From the NCBI GenBank assembly GCA_040380025.1, contig JBEIJY010000009.1, positions 1-64,000 of the forward strand: a stretch of 64,000 bases of DNA, read 5' to 3'. Under the pieces are notes generated by a model that saw only the letters and a program-made list of their open reading frames with translations, ran no database searches and was not told the origin of the DNA. Each line of letters starts with the position of its first letter. Position 1 is the stretch's first letter. This DNA comes from Bdellovibrionales bacterium (lineage in GTDB: Bacteria > Bdellovibrionota > UBA1018 > CAIMNF01). The translations under genes were made by a program, and so were the position numbers. Of this stretch, positions 1 through 8,714 are shown in pieces.

Positions 1-107
1 CGCTCAAAAACAAAAAAGATTACTGCCGACTCTCGCGAGCGCGTGACGCGCGAAAGCGAGGCCGCACGACGCGGCTCGGAGGCAAGAATCTTTTTTGTTT
101 TTGAGCG
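1..107. repeat. Palindromic element, copy A (conserved core 24-84 enclosed by 21-bp perfect inverted arms; may extend past the window start)
   Basis: 1-21 is the exact reverse complement of 87-107; the core is the reverse complement of the cores at 5439-5497 and 63702-63760 apart from two short hairpins. Confidence 0.85.
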
Positions 108-149
108 CAATCCCACCCGACTCAAAATCAGGCACACTCCAAGGAGTTC

Positions 150-1016
150 TCAGGATTCCGCCGCCTCACGAACGACGATCGACGCGCACGCCAGACCGAA
201 GGCGCCCGTCACGAAACTCGCGTTCCCCAGAATCAGATTCCGGTTGTCGCAGTTGAAGAACTCGTTCTGCCCCTGCGGACACACACAGCGGAATCCTTTG
301 CCGTTGTCGTATTTTAATTCTTGGGGCGCCAGCGTGGGCTCCTCGGAATACACGGCCGGAATGCCGAATTCCCCGGTCTCCGGAAATCCATGCTGATCCC
401 GCAAAATCCGCCGAAGGGCTTTTGCCAGCGGGTCCACCGTCGTAAGGCCCAGGTCCTTCACCCGAATCCGCGTCGGATCCATCTTCCCGCCTGACCCGGT
501 CGAGGTGATCACCCGAATCCCCTCGTTCCGGCACTTGGCGAGCAAATGACACTTCGGGGTGACACTGTCGATGGCATCAATCACGAAATCCGGGCGCTTC
601 CCGTGCAACGAGAGCGCCTCCTCGAAAATCTCCACGCTGAATCGCTCATTGTAAAACTTGGTGATCGCAAGAACCGTCGCCTGCGGATTGATCTTGCGCA
701 GACGCTCGGCCATGACTTCGACTTTCTTCTCGCCCACCAGACCATTCAAAGAATGAATCTGCCGATTGAAGTTCGTGATGCAGATCTCGTCAAAATCGAC
801 CAAGGTGATCTTCCCCACCCCCGACCGCGCAATCGACTCGGCCGCGAACGATCCGACACCGCCGATTCCGATCACCATCACATGGGTCTGAAACAGCTTT
901 TCCATTGCGGCATCCCCCACCAGGCGCCCCATCCGGTCAAACCGTCGGTGCAGACGGTATGTGGCCATCTCGGATTCGGTCATCGGCTGAAGATTCAATT
1001 CACTCGCTTCGCTCAT
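150..1016 (-). CDS. tcdA: tRNA threonylcarbamoyladenosine dehydratase (ThiF/E1-like)
   Basis: GIGGVGS nucleotide-binding loop, DFDEICITNFNRQ, DAIDS, GSGGKMDP, DPLAKALRR and VYSEE motifs. Confidence 0.88.
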   Translation of the reverse strand: MSEASELNLQPMTESEMATYRLHRRFDRMGRLVGDAAMEKLFQTHVMVIGIGGVGSFAAESIARSGVGKITLVDFDEICITNFNRQIHSLNGLVGEKKVEVMAERLRKINPQATVLAITKFYNERFSVEIFEEALSLHGKRPDFVIDAIDSVTPKCHLLAKCRNEGIRVITSTGSGGKMDPTRIRVKDLGLTTVDPLAKALRRILRDQHGFPETGEFGIPAVYSEEPTLAPQELKYDNGKGFRCVCPQGQNEFFNCDNRNLILGNASFVTGAFGLACASIVVREAAES

Positions 1017-1028
1017 AGTAGAGCGTTC

Positions 1029-1832
1029 TTATCTGATTTTAGAGAAATTCGCACGGACAATCTCTCGGAGCTCCGCTACCGGGACCTGAAGCAAGAGCGC
1101 CGCACCCGAATAAACCTCCGAAACTAAAGCAGGCTCATTGACCAAGTCCGACCGCCATGCCTGATCGGGGGCATCGGTTTCAAAGAGCAAATGCGAAAGA
1201 GGGGTGGCAAGGAGTGCCTTTTTTGTTTTTTGATTCCCGTTCTTTCGCAGAATCCCCCCGCCGAACGAAAGAAACGCACCCGCTTTGATCCAAAGCACTG
1301 CCTCTTCGGCGCTTCCCGAAAATCCGTGCACGAGGAGCGGCACTCCGGGGTTTGCTTCCAAGACGAGCTTCAACGCATCGGCATGGGCCGCGACCACATG
1401 AAGCACCAAGGGCTTCCGGATCGTTCGCGCAAGCACAAGGTGCTTTCGAAAAAACTCGCGCTGGAGCGGGAACCGCGAAGGATCGCGTTTTTTTGAATAA
1501 TCAAGCCCGGTCTCTCCGATCGCATCGGCCCGATCGGCGCAGGCCAGAAGCGCGTGGAACTGCCCGGTCAGATCTTCTTCGCTCAGCGCCTCCACCCACC
1601 ACGGGTGAATTCCGAAGCTCGTGCGAACGAACTCAGGCTCCTGCGTTTTGAGGTCTTCTTGCACCGCCCACTCCGAAGCGTGCGTGCCGCCCAGAAGAGT
1701 CATTCCGACTTTGGCCGCGCGTGCGCGCGCGATCAGACTAAGTGCATGCGCGCCCACCCTCTCATCGCTCAAGTGGCTGTGGGCATCGATGTAGCAGTCC
1801 ATCGAATTCTCGAGGGGGCGGGATTCATCCAT
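1029..1832 (-). CDS. TatD family metal-dependent hydrolase
   Basis: DAHSH, GIHPW, IGETGLD, HGFSGS and ETDAP motifs. Confidence 0.9.
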   Translation of the reverse strand: MDESRPLENSMDCYIDAHSHLSDERVGAHALSLIARARAAKVGMTLLGGTHASEWAVQEDLKTQEPEFVRTSFGIHPWWVEALSEEDLTGQFHALLACADRADAIGETGLDYSKKRDPSRFPLQREFFRKHLVLARTIRKPLVLHVVAAHADALKLVLEANPGVPLLVHGFSGSAEEAVLWIKAGAFLSFGGGILRKNGNQKTKKALLATPLSHLLFETDAPDQAWRSDLVNEPALVSEVYSGAALLLQVPVAELREIVRANFSKIR

Positions 1833-2445
1833 GCTGAAGAAGCGAAAGAAATTCTTTTCGGGTGTCGCTCCCCGAGAAAAAAACGCCCCGCATGGCCGAG
1901 GTGATGGTTTTTGAGTTTTGTTTCTCGACCCCCCTCATCATCATGCAAAAATGAGCGGCCTCGATCACCACGGCAACGCCATGGGGCTCGAGCGCTTCCA
2001 TCAGGGCGTCCGCCACCTGGGCGGTCAGACGCTCCTGAACCTGGAGCCTGCGTGCAAAGACATCGACGATTCGCGGAATCTTCGAAAGACCGATGATTTT
2101 TTGATTCGGAATATAGGCCACATGGGCCTTTCCGAAAAAAGGAAGCATATGATGCTCGCAGAGCGAATAGAGTTCGATGTCGCGCACGAGGACCATCTCG
2201 CTTGATTCGGCCCGAAACAGCGCCGAACCCACCACCTCTTCGACACTCATCCGATACCCCGAGGTCAAAAAGCCCATCGATTTCGCAAAGCGCTTCGGGG
2301 TGTCCAGAAGCCCCTCTCGCGAGGTGTTCTCGCCAAAACTTTCGATGATCTCGCGAATCCGGGGCTTCACAAACTCGATCGGATCCGGAGTCTGCGGTTT
2401 CTTGGAACGGGGTTTCTTCGGGTTCAGGTTTTTTTTCAGAATCAT
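1825..2445 (-). CDS. folE: GTP cyclohydrolase I
   Basis: [46 protein letters not shown]. Confidence 0.96.
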   Translation of the reverse strand: MILKKNLNPKKPRSKKPQTPDPIEFVKPRIREIIESFGENTSREGLLDTPKRFAKSMGFLTSGYRMSVEEVVGSALFRAESSEMVLVRDIELYSLCEHHMLPFFGKAHVAYIPNQKIIGLSKIPRIVDVFARRLQVQERLTAQVADALMEALEPHGVAVVIEAAHFCMMMRGVEKQNSKTITSAMRGVFFSGSDTRKEFLSLLQHG

Positions 2446-2530
2446 GGGAAATCTTTCTTTCGGGATTCATGCCGCCCGCGCAAGCGAAACAGCAAATTCA
2501 CCGTATCGAGAAACGCAAGCAACCCGCAAC

Positions 2531-2567
2531 AAAACAAAAAGGGCCGGCCTTTTCAGGCCGACCCTTT
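2531..2567 (-). terminator. Rho-independent terminator after the small secreted protein gene
   Basis: On the minus strand, hairpin agggtcggcct-gaaa-aggccggccct followed by a T-rich tail. Confidence 0.75.
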
Positions 2568-2588
2568 CTAAACTCGTTTCCGCAACAA

Positions 2589-2822
2589 TTAGTTGTGGGC
2601 AGGCGCTTGAGCAGGAGCAGCTTCGGGGCTCTGATCTTTGGAATCAGATTTTTTTGGACCTTTTTTCGAGGTTTTCTTCTCTGCTTTCGGAGCAACATGA
2701 GTTTCTGCAGGAGCAGCAGCATGAGCGTCAGCAGCAGGAGCTGCAGCATCATGCGAATTTGCGAAAGAAACAGAAGACAGAGAGAAACCAACGATCAGGG
2801 CCAATACGAATGCGTTTTTCAT
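2589..2822 (-). CDS. Small secreted low-complexity Ala/Pro/Lys/His-rich protein
   Basis: Signal peptide ending SVSFA, RBS (aaagga) upstream, own terminator. Confidence 0.75.
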   Translation of the reverse strand: MKNAFVLALIVGFSLSSVSFANSHDAAAPAADAHAAAPAETHVAPKAEKKTSKKGPKKSDSKDQSPEAAPAQAPAHN

Positions 2823-2900
2823 AATGTATCCTTTCCTCGAGAGGAATTGTTGTTACACTAAAATCGTTCCACTTTTTATCTGCCCACGCAAGGGCATTTT

Positions 2901-4103
2901 TCAGAGTGCACGGAGTAAAATCGAAACTCCTTGTCCACCACTAACACAGAGCGTTGCAACACCAAGTGCTCCGGACTTCCCCTTCAAGCCGTGCGCGAGC
3001 GTCACGAGAATCCTCGCCCCGGTCGCACCGATCGGATGCCCGAGTGCGATCGCACCTCCATACGGATTCAATCGCTCCATCGGAATTTGAAGCTCCCGAT
3101 TGCAGGCGAGCACCTGGGCTGCGAAGGCCTCATTCAGCTCCACCGCCTCCAAGTCTTTGACGGCGAGCCCCTGACGCGCCAAGAGCCGTCGGGTCGCCTC
3201 GACCGGACCAAGCCCCATGCGACGAGGGTCGAGCGCAATGACCTCGTAATCCAAAAGCTCCGCTTCACTGGTTGAAATCTTGTCGCTCGTCAGGTGTAAA
3301 AATGCCGCCCCGTCCGTGACCCCGCTGGCATTGCCGGCGGTCACCGTGCCGTTTGCCCGGTCGAATACCGGCGAAAGAGCTCCGAGACTCTCCAAGGTCG
3401 TCGACCCTCTGCGGTGTTCGTCGTCCCGAAGCCCCGGGGATTTGCCCTCGCCCGGAACTTCAAAGGTCTCGGCATCGAAATGCCCGGACTTCCAGGCCCG
3501 ATCGGCCCGGGTTTGCGAGAGGAGCGCGTACTCGTCTTGTTCTTGGCGTGAGATCCCGATTTCCCGGGCCAGATAAGTATCGACCGTGGCCCCCATGAGC
3601 ATGTTCGCCATCGGGCACATAAAACCGTCCTGAGTCATCCCGTCGACCATCTCGGAGTTCCCCATGCGAAGACCCCACCGCCCCTGCATCAGGTAATACG
3701 GAGTATTCGACATGCTTTCGACCCCTCCGGCGTATACCGAGCGGGCCCGTCCGAGTGCAAGCTTCTCGGCACCTGCGATCACCGAGGCCATTCCCGAGGC
3801 ACAGGCCTGATTGTAGGTAATGCCGGGAACCGTCTCGGGAAGCCCCGAAAAAATCGTCGCCTGCCGTGCGGGATTCGGTCGCGCTCCGGCCTGCCGGGCA
3901 TGCCCCAAAAACACCCACTCCGGTTGCCGGGCAAACACCTCTCCCTCCCGCGCCTCGACCCTGCGGACGCATTCCTTCAACGCCAGGGCCGCAAGCTCTC
4001 CGGCAGAAAACCGCTTCAATGACCCTCCGAACCGACCGATCGGCGTCCGGGTGGAGGCCCCTAAAAAAACAGGTTTTGGAAATGCAGAGTGGATTTTTGC
4101 CAT
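2901..4103 (-). CDS. Acetyl-CoA C-acyltransferase (thiolase)
   Basis: RTPIG, NQACASG, NEAFAAQ, GHPIGATG and LCVSGGQG motifs; start trimmed to the ATG at 4103. Confidence 0.93.
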   Translation of the reverse strand: MAKIHSAFPKPVFLGASTRTPIGRFGGSLKRFSAGELAALALKECVRRVEAREGEVFARQPEWVFLGHARQAGARPNPARQATIFSGLPETVPGITYNQACASGMASVIAGAEKLALGRARSVYAGGVESMSNTPYYLMQGRWGLRMGNSEMVDGMTQDGFMCPMANMLMGATVDTYLAREIGISRQEQDEYALLSQTRADRAWKSGHFDAETFEVPGEGKSPGLRDDEHRRGSTTLESLGALSPVFDRANGTVTAGNASGVTDGAAFLHLTSDKISTSEAELLDYEVIALDPRRMGLGPVEATRRLLARQGLAVKDLEAVELNEAFAAQVLACNRELQIPMERLNPYGGAIALGHPIGATGARILVTLAHGLKGKSGALGVATLCVSGGQGVSILLRAL

Positions 4104-4118
4104 GCTATAGTGGCTACC

Positions 4119-5360
4119 ATGCCCGAAACCACTCCTCAACCCTTCGAGCCCCGGCAAACGGATCGCAAGGTCCGCTCTCCCGGAAAACGCTGGGTGCTGG
4201 TGGTGCTCACCCTGATTTTGTTCACCACGAGCATGGACTCGATTGTTCTCATGCCGCTCGGGCCAAAGCTCATGGAGCTGTTTCAGATCACTCCAAAACA
4301 ATTCTCTTACCTTGTTTCGGCGTATTCCCTCGCCGCCGGCATGTTCGGATTTGTGGGATCGCTGTTTTTTGACCGCGTCGATCGAAAGGTGTCGCTCATC
4401 GGGTCGTATTTCGGATTTTTGATCGGAACCCTGTTTTGCGCTTACGCACCCTCGTATTCGGTCTTGCTCGTGGCACGGGCGGTTTCGGGTGCGTTCGCAG
4501 GACTCCTCTCGGGGATTTGCTACGCGATCGTGGGCGATCTTTTTCCGATCTCCGAACGAGGACTTGCGACCGGAAAACTCCTGACCGCCTATTCGCTCGC
4601 AAGCATCGTGGGTGTCCCCTTCGGACTTCACGTCTCGAACACGATCGGGTGGCATGCGACCTTCGGCCTGATCGTCGTGCTCGGAACCTTTGCGATCATT
4701 CTCGCCATTCAGGTTGTGCCACGAGGGAGCTGGAACATCCCGATCCGGCAAAGCGGGATCTTCTCGGGCATCACCGAGAACCTCCGCGACCGGAACGCGC
4801 GCTATGCTCTACTGACCACTCTCATGATGGTGCACTCCCAGTTCGTGGTGATTCCTTTCATCAGCGCGTATCTGGTTTCGAACACGGGATTCCCCGCGAT
4901 CAGCCTCCCGCAGGTTTACCTCGTCGGGGGAATTGCCACCGTATTGAGCGGAATCCTGATGGGCAAGGTCTGCGATCGCTTCGGCGCCGATCGGGTCTTC
5001 CCGATGACGGGGCTTTTGTTTTTGATCCCGATCTTTTTCCTGACGCGGCTTTCGGAATCGACTTTGATTCTGACCCTTTCCCTCACCACTCTGGTGTTCG
5101 TGCTCTCGAACTTCCGCTCGGTTCCGGCCGTCACGATGATCTCGTCCAGCATTCCACCGGAACGCCGGGGGAGCTTCCTTAGCCTGAACTCCTGCCTGCA
5201 TCAGCTGGGTGCCGCCTCTGCCACCTTCGGTGCGGGATTTCTGATCGAAGAGGGGCAAGGCGGGGCGCCGATGATCGGCTTTGCGAACACGGCGTATCTG
5301 TCGATCGCCTTCGGGATCATTGCCTATCTTGCGGGAAAGCGAATCCGGATCATTTCATGA
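4119..5360 (+). CDS. MFS transporter
   Basis: About 12 hydrophobic segments, MFS motif A (DRVDRK; DRFG), ERRG. Confidence 0.9.
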   Translation: MPETTPQPFEPRQTDRKVRSPGKRWVLVVLTLILFTTSMDSIVLMPLGPKLMELFQITPKQFSYLVSAYSLAAGMFGFVGSLFFDRVDRKVSLIGSYFGFLIGTLFCAYAPSYSVLLVARAVSGAFAGLLSGICYAIVGDLFPISERGLATGKLLTAYSLASIVGVPFGLHVSNTIGWHATFGLIVVLGTFAIILAIQVVPRGSWNIPIRQSGIFSGITENLRDRNARYALLTTLMMVHSQFVVIPFISAYLVSNTGFPAISLPQVYLVGGIATVLSGILMGKVCDRFGADRVFPMTGLLFLIPIFFLTRLSESTLILTLSLTTLVFVLSNFRSVPAVTMISSSIPPERRGSFLSLNSCLHQLGAASATFGAGFLIEEGQGGAPMIGFANTAYLSIAFGIIAYLAGKRIRIIS

Positions 5361-5379
5361 TGTTACCATTCCTCACATC

Positions 5380-5555
5380 TGTTCTTTGTGATTGGTTTGG
5401 GCTGGGGCGCGGGGGCCGGGGCGGCGGATTTTCGGTTTTGCCTCCGAGCCGGATCCTCCGGCCTCGCTTTCGCCATCCTGGCTCGCGAGAGTCGGCAAAC
5501 CAAAATTCCACCGCCCCGGCCCCCGCGCCCCAGCCCAAACCAATCACAAAAAACA
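5380..5555. repeat. Palindromic element, copy B (45-bp inverted arms with 1 mismatch plus degenerate inner arm; core 5439-5497)
   Basis: 5380-5424 pairs with 5511-5555; core 56/59 identical to copy C. Confidence 0.9.
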
Positions 5556-5594
5556 GTGCGGTTGATGTCGAACCATGACAGGAAGGAATTCACC

Positions 5595-6971
5595 ATGAAC
5601 TCATTTGTCCATTACCCTGAAGGCCATGTGCTCCTCCGGAACCTGAACAAGAAGTACCCGATCGTGAGCCACGGCAAGGGAGTCCATCTCTTCGACGAAA
5701 CAGGCAAAAAATACTTCGATGCCTCGGGCGGCGCCCTGGTTGCGACTCTGGGCCACGGCAACGAGGCGCTCGTCGCCCGCGTGGCCGAGCAAATGACAAA
5801 AGTGGCCTATGTGAACGGCATGCAGTTCACCTCGCGCCCGATGGAACAGCTCGCCAATCACCTGGCCCGTCGTGCGGCACCACTCGGTCTGGACCGCGTG
5901 ACCCTGCTGGCCTCCGGCTCAGAGGCGATCGAAGCGGCCGTGAAGTTCGCGCGTCAGCTGTGGGTCGACCGCGGATTCCCCGCAAAGCACAAGCTCATCA
6001 CGCGAACGCCGGGATACCACGGCAACACGCTCTACGCGCTCTCGGCGTCAGGAAGACCACATTACAAAAAAGTCTATGGCCCTCTTCTTTCGCCCGTGCT
6101 CACGGTCAGCACTCCCTACGCCTACCGATGCCCCGTGGTGCAAAGCAATGACCCGGACGAGATGCTCCGCGAGTATCACGAAAAAGGCGCCGAACATTAT
6201 CTTCGCGAGCTCGAGGCGCTGATCGAACGCGAGGATCCGGCCACGATCAGCGCCCTGATGCTCGAAACCATCAGCGGCTCCTCGACCGGCGGATGGATCC
6301 CCCCCAAGGGCTACCTCCACCGCGTCGAAGCCCTCTGCCGGAAGCACGACATTCTGATCATCGCAGACGAGGTGCTTTGTGGTTCCGGACGCACCGGCAA
6401 GTTCTTCGCCGCCGAACACGAGCACTTCAAGCCCGATGTCCTGGTTCTCGGAAAAGGCCTGAATGCCGGACTTATGCCGGTGGCCGCGCTCCTGACCCGG
6501 ACGCGCGACGTGAACACCATGAAAAGCGCATCGGGCGGGTTTCTGCATGCCCAGACTTACATGCAGGCACCTTCGATGGCGGCCACCGCCCTTGCCGTCG
6601 TGGAGTATCTTGACGAGCATCAGGTTCTGGCGAAGGCCGAAGCCGTATCCCGGCACTGGCAACAAGAGCTTCAGCGCCACCTTCATGCTCTTCCGTTCGT
6701 GGGGTCCGTCACCGGAATCGGCCACATGGCGGGCGTTGAGTTCGTCGAAGACAAGGCCTCGAAAAAACCGTTTCCGATCGCAAAAAAATTCGCCCAAAAA
6801 TTCGTTCAGCACGCGCAAGACCAAGGCCTGATCCTTTGGCCCAACTACGGCCAGGCCGATGGCACAAACGGGGATCTGGTCATCCTGGGCCCCTCGCTCG
6901 AGATGACCATGACTGAGGCCGACGAATGCGTGGACCGTCTGAAGCGGGCCCTCCTCGACTTCCCTCTCTGA
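5595..6971 (+). CDS. Class III PLP-dependent aminotransferase
   Basis: SGSEAIEAA, YHGNT, IADEVLCGSGRTG, PLP lysine in LGKGL; ATG at 5595 has RBS ggaagga. Confidence 0.92.
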   Translation: MNSFVHYPEGHVLLRNLNKKYPIVSHGKGVHLFDETGKKYFDASGGALVATLGHGNEALVARVAEQMTKVAYVNGMQFTSRPMEQLANHLARRAAPLGLDRVTLLASGSEAIEAAVKFARQLWVDRGFPAKHKLITRTPGYHGNTLYALSASGRPHYKKVYGPLLSPVLTVSTPYAYRCPVVQSNDPDEMLREYHEKGAEHYLRELEALIEREDPATISALMLETISGSSTGGWIPPKGYLHRVEALCRKHDILIIADEVLCGSGRTGKFFAAEHEHFKPDVLVLGKGLNAGLMPVAALLTRTRDVNTMKSASGGFLHAQTYMQAPSMAATALAVVEYLDEHQVLAKAEAVSRHWQQELQRHLHALPFVGSVTGIGHMAGVEFVEDKASKKPFPIAKKFAQKFVQHAQDQGLILWPNYGQADGTNGDLVILGPSLEMTMTEADECVDRLKRALLDFPL

Positions 6972-7015
6972 TTTTTTGCGTGCGATTCCCGCGGGAGACA
7001 TGCTAAAAATCGGGC

Positions 7016-8587
7016 ATGTCCAGCACATTCAGAATCACCTACTCCGCTCTCAATGCCGACATGACCGCGCTCAATCAAGCCTTCGACGAGACCTACTCGC
7101 AGATGAAGGCGGATCTCGGCAAATCCGTTCCCTCGATCGTGAACGGGAAGCCGGTTCAAGGCGAGCGGATGAACAAAAAATTCAGCCCGACCGACACCTC
7201 GCTTTTGATCGCGAATTACCACACCGTGAGCGAAAGCGAACTGAATGAGGCCTTCCTGGCCTCGAAAAAAGCGCAAAAATGCTGGAGTGCCACCCCGTGG
7301 ACCGAGCGGGTCGCGATCACGAAGAAGGCGGCCGAAATCATGCGCGAACGCCGGATGCGAATCGCGGCCCTGATGACCCTCGAGGTGGGCAAGAATCGCA
7401 TGGAATCGCTCGGCGATGCCGAAGAGGCCGCCGATCTGCTCGCCTACTACGCCGATCAGATGGAACAAGCGAAGGGATTCATCCAGCCGCTTGCCAAGCT
7501 CTCCCCGAACGAGAACACCAAGGATGTGCTCAGGCCCTACGGGGTCTTCGCCGTGATCGCGCCGTTCAACTTCCCGATGGCGCTCGGAGCCGGCATGACC
7601 TCGGCCGCTCTTCTTGGCGGGAATTCCGTGATCCTGAAGCCCAGCGATGATGCTCCGGGCACCGCCTACGAAATCTATCTCGCCTATCGCGATGCAGGAC
7701 TCCCCGAAGGAGTGCTTCAGGTCGTGTTCGGAAACGGCCCGGCTCTCGGCGAGTGGATGGTAAAGCACCCCCTTTGCGACGGAGTCGCATTCACCGGCAG
7801 CAAGGCGGTCGGGATGACGATCATCCGCACGCTCCACTCCGGCGCCTATGCAAAGCCGGCGCTGGTCGAGCTGGGCGGGAAAAACCCGGCATTCATCTGC
7901 GAAACCGCCGATCTCGACAAGGCGGCATCGGGATGCGTCCGGAGCGCCTTCGGGCTCTCGGGCCAGAAGTGCAGCGCGCTCTCGCGCCTTTATGTTCACG
8001 AAAAAATTTATTCCCGCTTTGTCGAAAAACTCCTCGAAGCGGCCAAATCGGTGGCGACCGTGGGGGATGCCTCGAAATCCGGCGTGTACATGGGCCCGGT
8101 GATCAACGAGCGCGCGGTCGAGCGGCATCTTCAGGCGATCCGCGAGGCGCGCGCGATCGGAAAAATCCTGTTCGGCGGTACCGACCTCCGGGAGCAAAGC
8201 GAATTCAAGAACGGACATTTCGCCGACCCGACCATTGCGGAGCTTCCGGCCACCTCGCGGCACTTCAAAGATGAGTTCTTCTCGCCCTTCCTTGCCGTGA
8301 CGAAGTTCTCGAACCTCGCCGAAGCGATCCAAGATGCGAACAAGGCCGAATACGGCCTGACGGCCGGGATCTTCACGGGTAAAAAAGAAGAAATCGACGA
8401 GTTCATGGATTCGATCGAGGCCGGCGTCCTGTACGCGAACCGCGCCACCGGCGCCTCCACCGGCGCATGGCCCGGGGTCCAGTCCTTTTGCGGCTGGAAG
8501 GGGTCCGGCGGATCGGGGAAAGGCGGATGCGGGCCGTACTACGTTTCGCAGTTCATGCGAGAGCAGTCCCGCACGATCATGGAGTGA
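7016..8587 (+). CDS. Aldehyde dehydrogenase, P5C-dehydrogenase-like
   Basis: PFNFP, FTGS, ELGGKN, GQKCSA and EFFSP motifs. Confidence 0.92.
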   Translation: MSSTFRITYSALNADMTALNQAFDETYSQMKADLGKSVPSIVNGKPVQGERMNKKFSPTDTSLLIANYHTVSESELNEAFLASKKAQKCWSATPWTERVAITKKAAEIMRERRMRIAALMTLEVGKNRMESLGDAEEAADLLAYYADQMEQAKGFIQPLAKLSPNENTKDVLRPYGVFAVIAPFNFPMALGAGMTSAALLGGNSVILKPSDDAPGTAYEIYLAYRDAGLPEGVLQVVFGNGPALGEWMVKHPLCDGVAFTGSKAVGMTIIRTLHSGAYAKPALVELGGKNPAFICETADLDKAASGCVRSAFGLSGQKCSALSRLYVHEKIYSRFVEKLLEAAKSVATVGDASKSGVYMGPVINERAVERHLQAIREARAIGKILFGGTDLREQSEFKNGHFADPTIAELPATSRHFKDEFFSPFLAVTKFSNLAEAIQDANKAEYGLTAGIFTGKKEEIDEFMDSIEAGVLYANRATGASTGAWPGVQSFCGWKGSGGSGKGGCGPYYVSQFMREQSRTIME

Positions 8588-8714
8588 TTCGTTCAGAGTT
8601 TTGATTCGACAATTTGGAATTCCATCGTTCTTTCGGCGAGCCGCGGCTCAGACAAAATCAAAATCTGGCGCAACCCGGTAGCGCAGTTCGCGGGCTTTTG
8701 ATAGCATTCCGCGC

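Noticed and set aside
4104..4751. Apparent 215-aa N-terminal extension of the thiolase
   Set aside because: It overlaps the MFS gene on the other strand; thiolase similarity starts near 4103
5439..5497. CsrA/RsmA-sponge interpretation of the CAGGATG/GGA loops on the reverse strand
   Set aside because: Only two GGA loops per copy, and copy A has replaced both while keeping the stems, so GGA is not the conserved feature
5350..5596. Mirror-image short ORFs on both strands (MIGLGWGAGAG...)
   Set aside because: By-product of the inverted repeat; no evidence of coding
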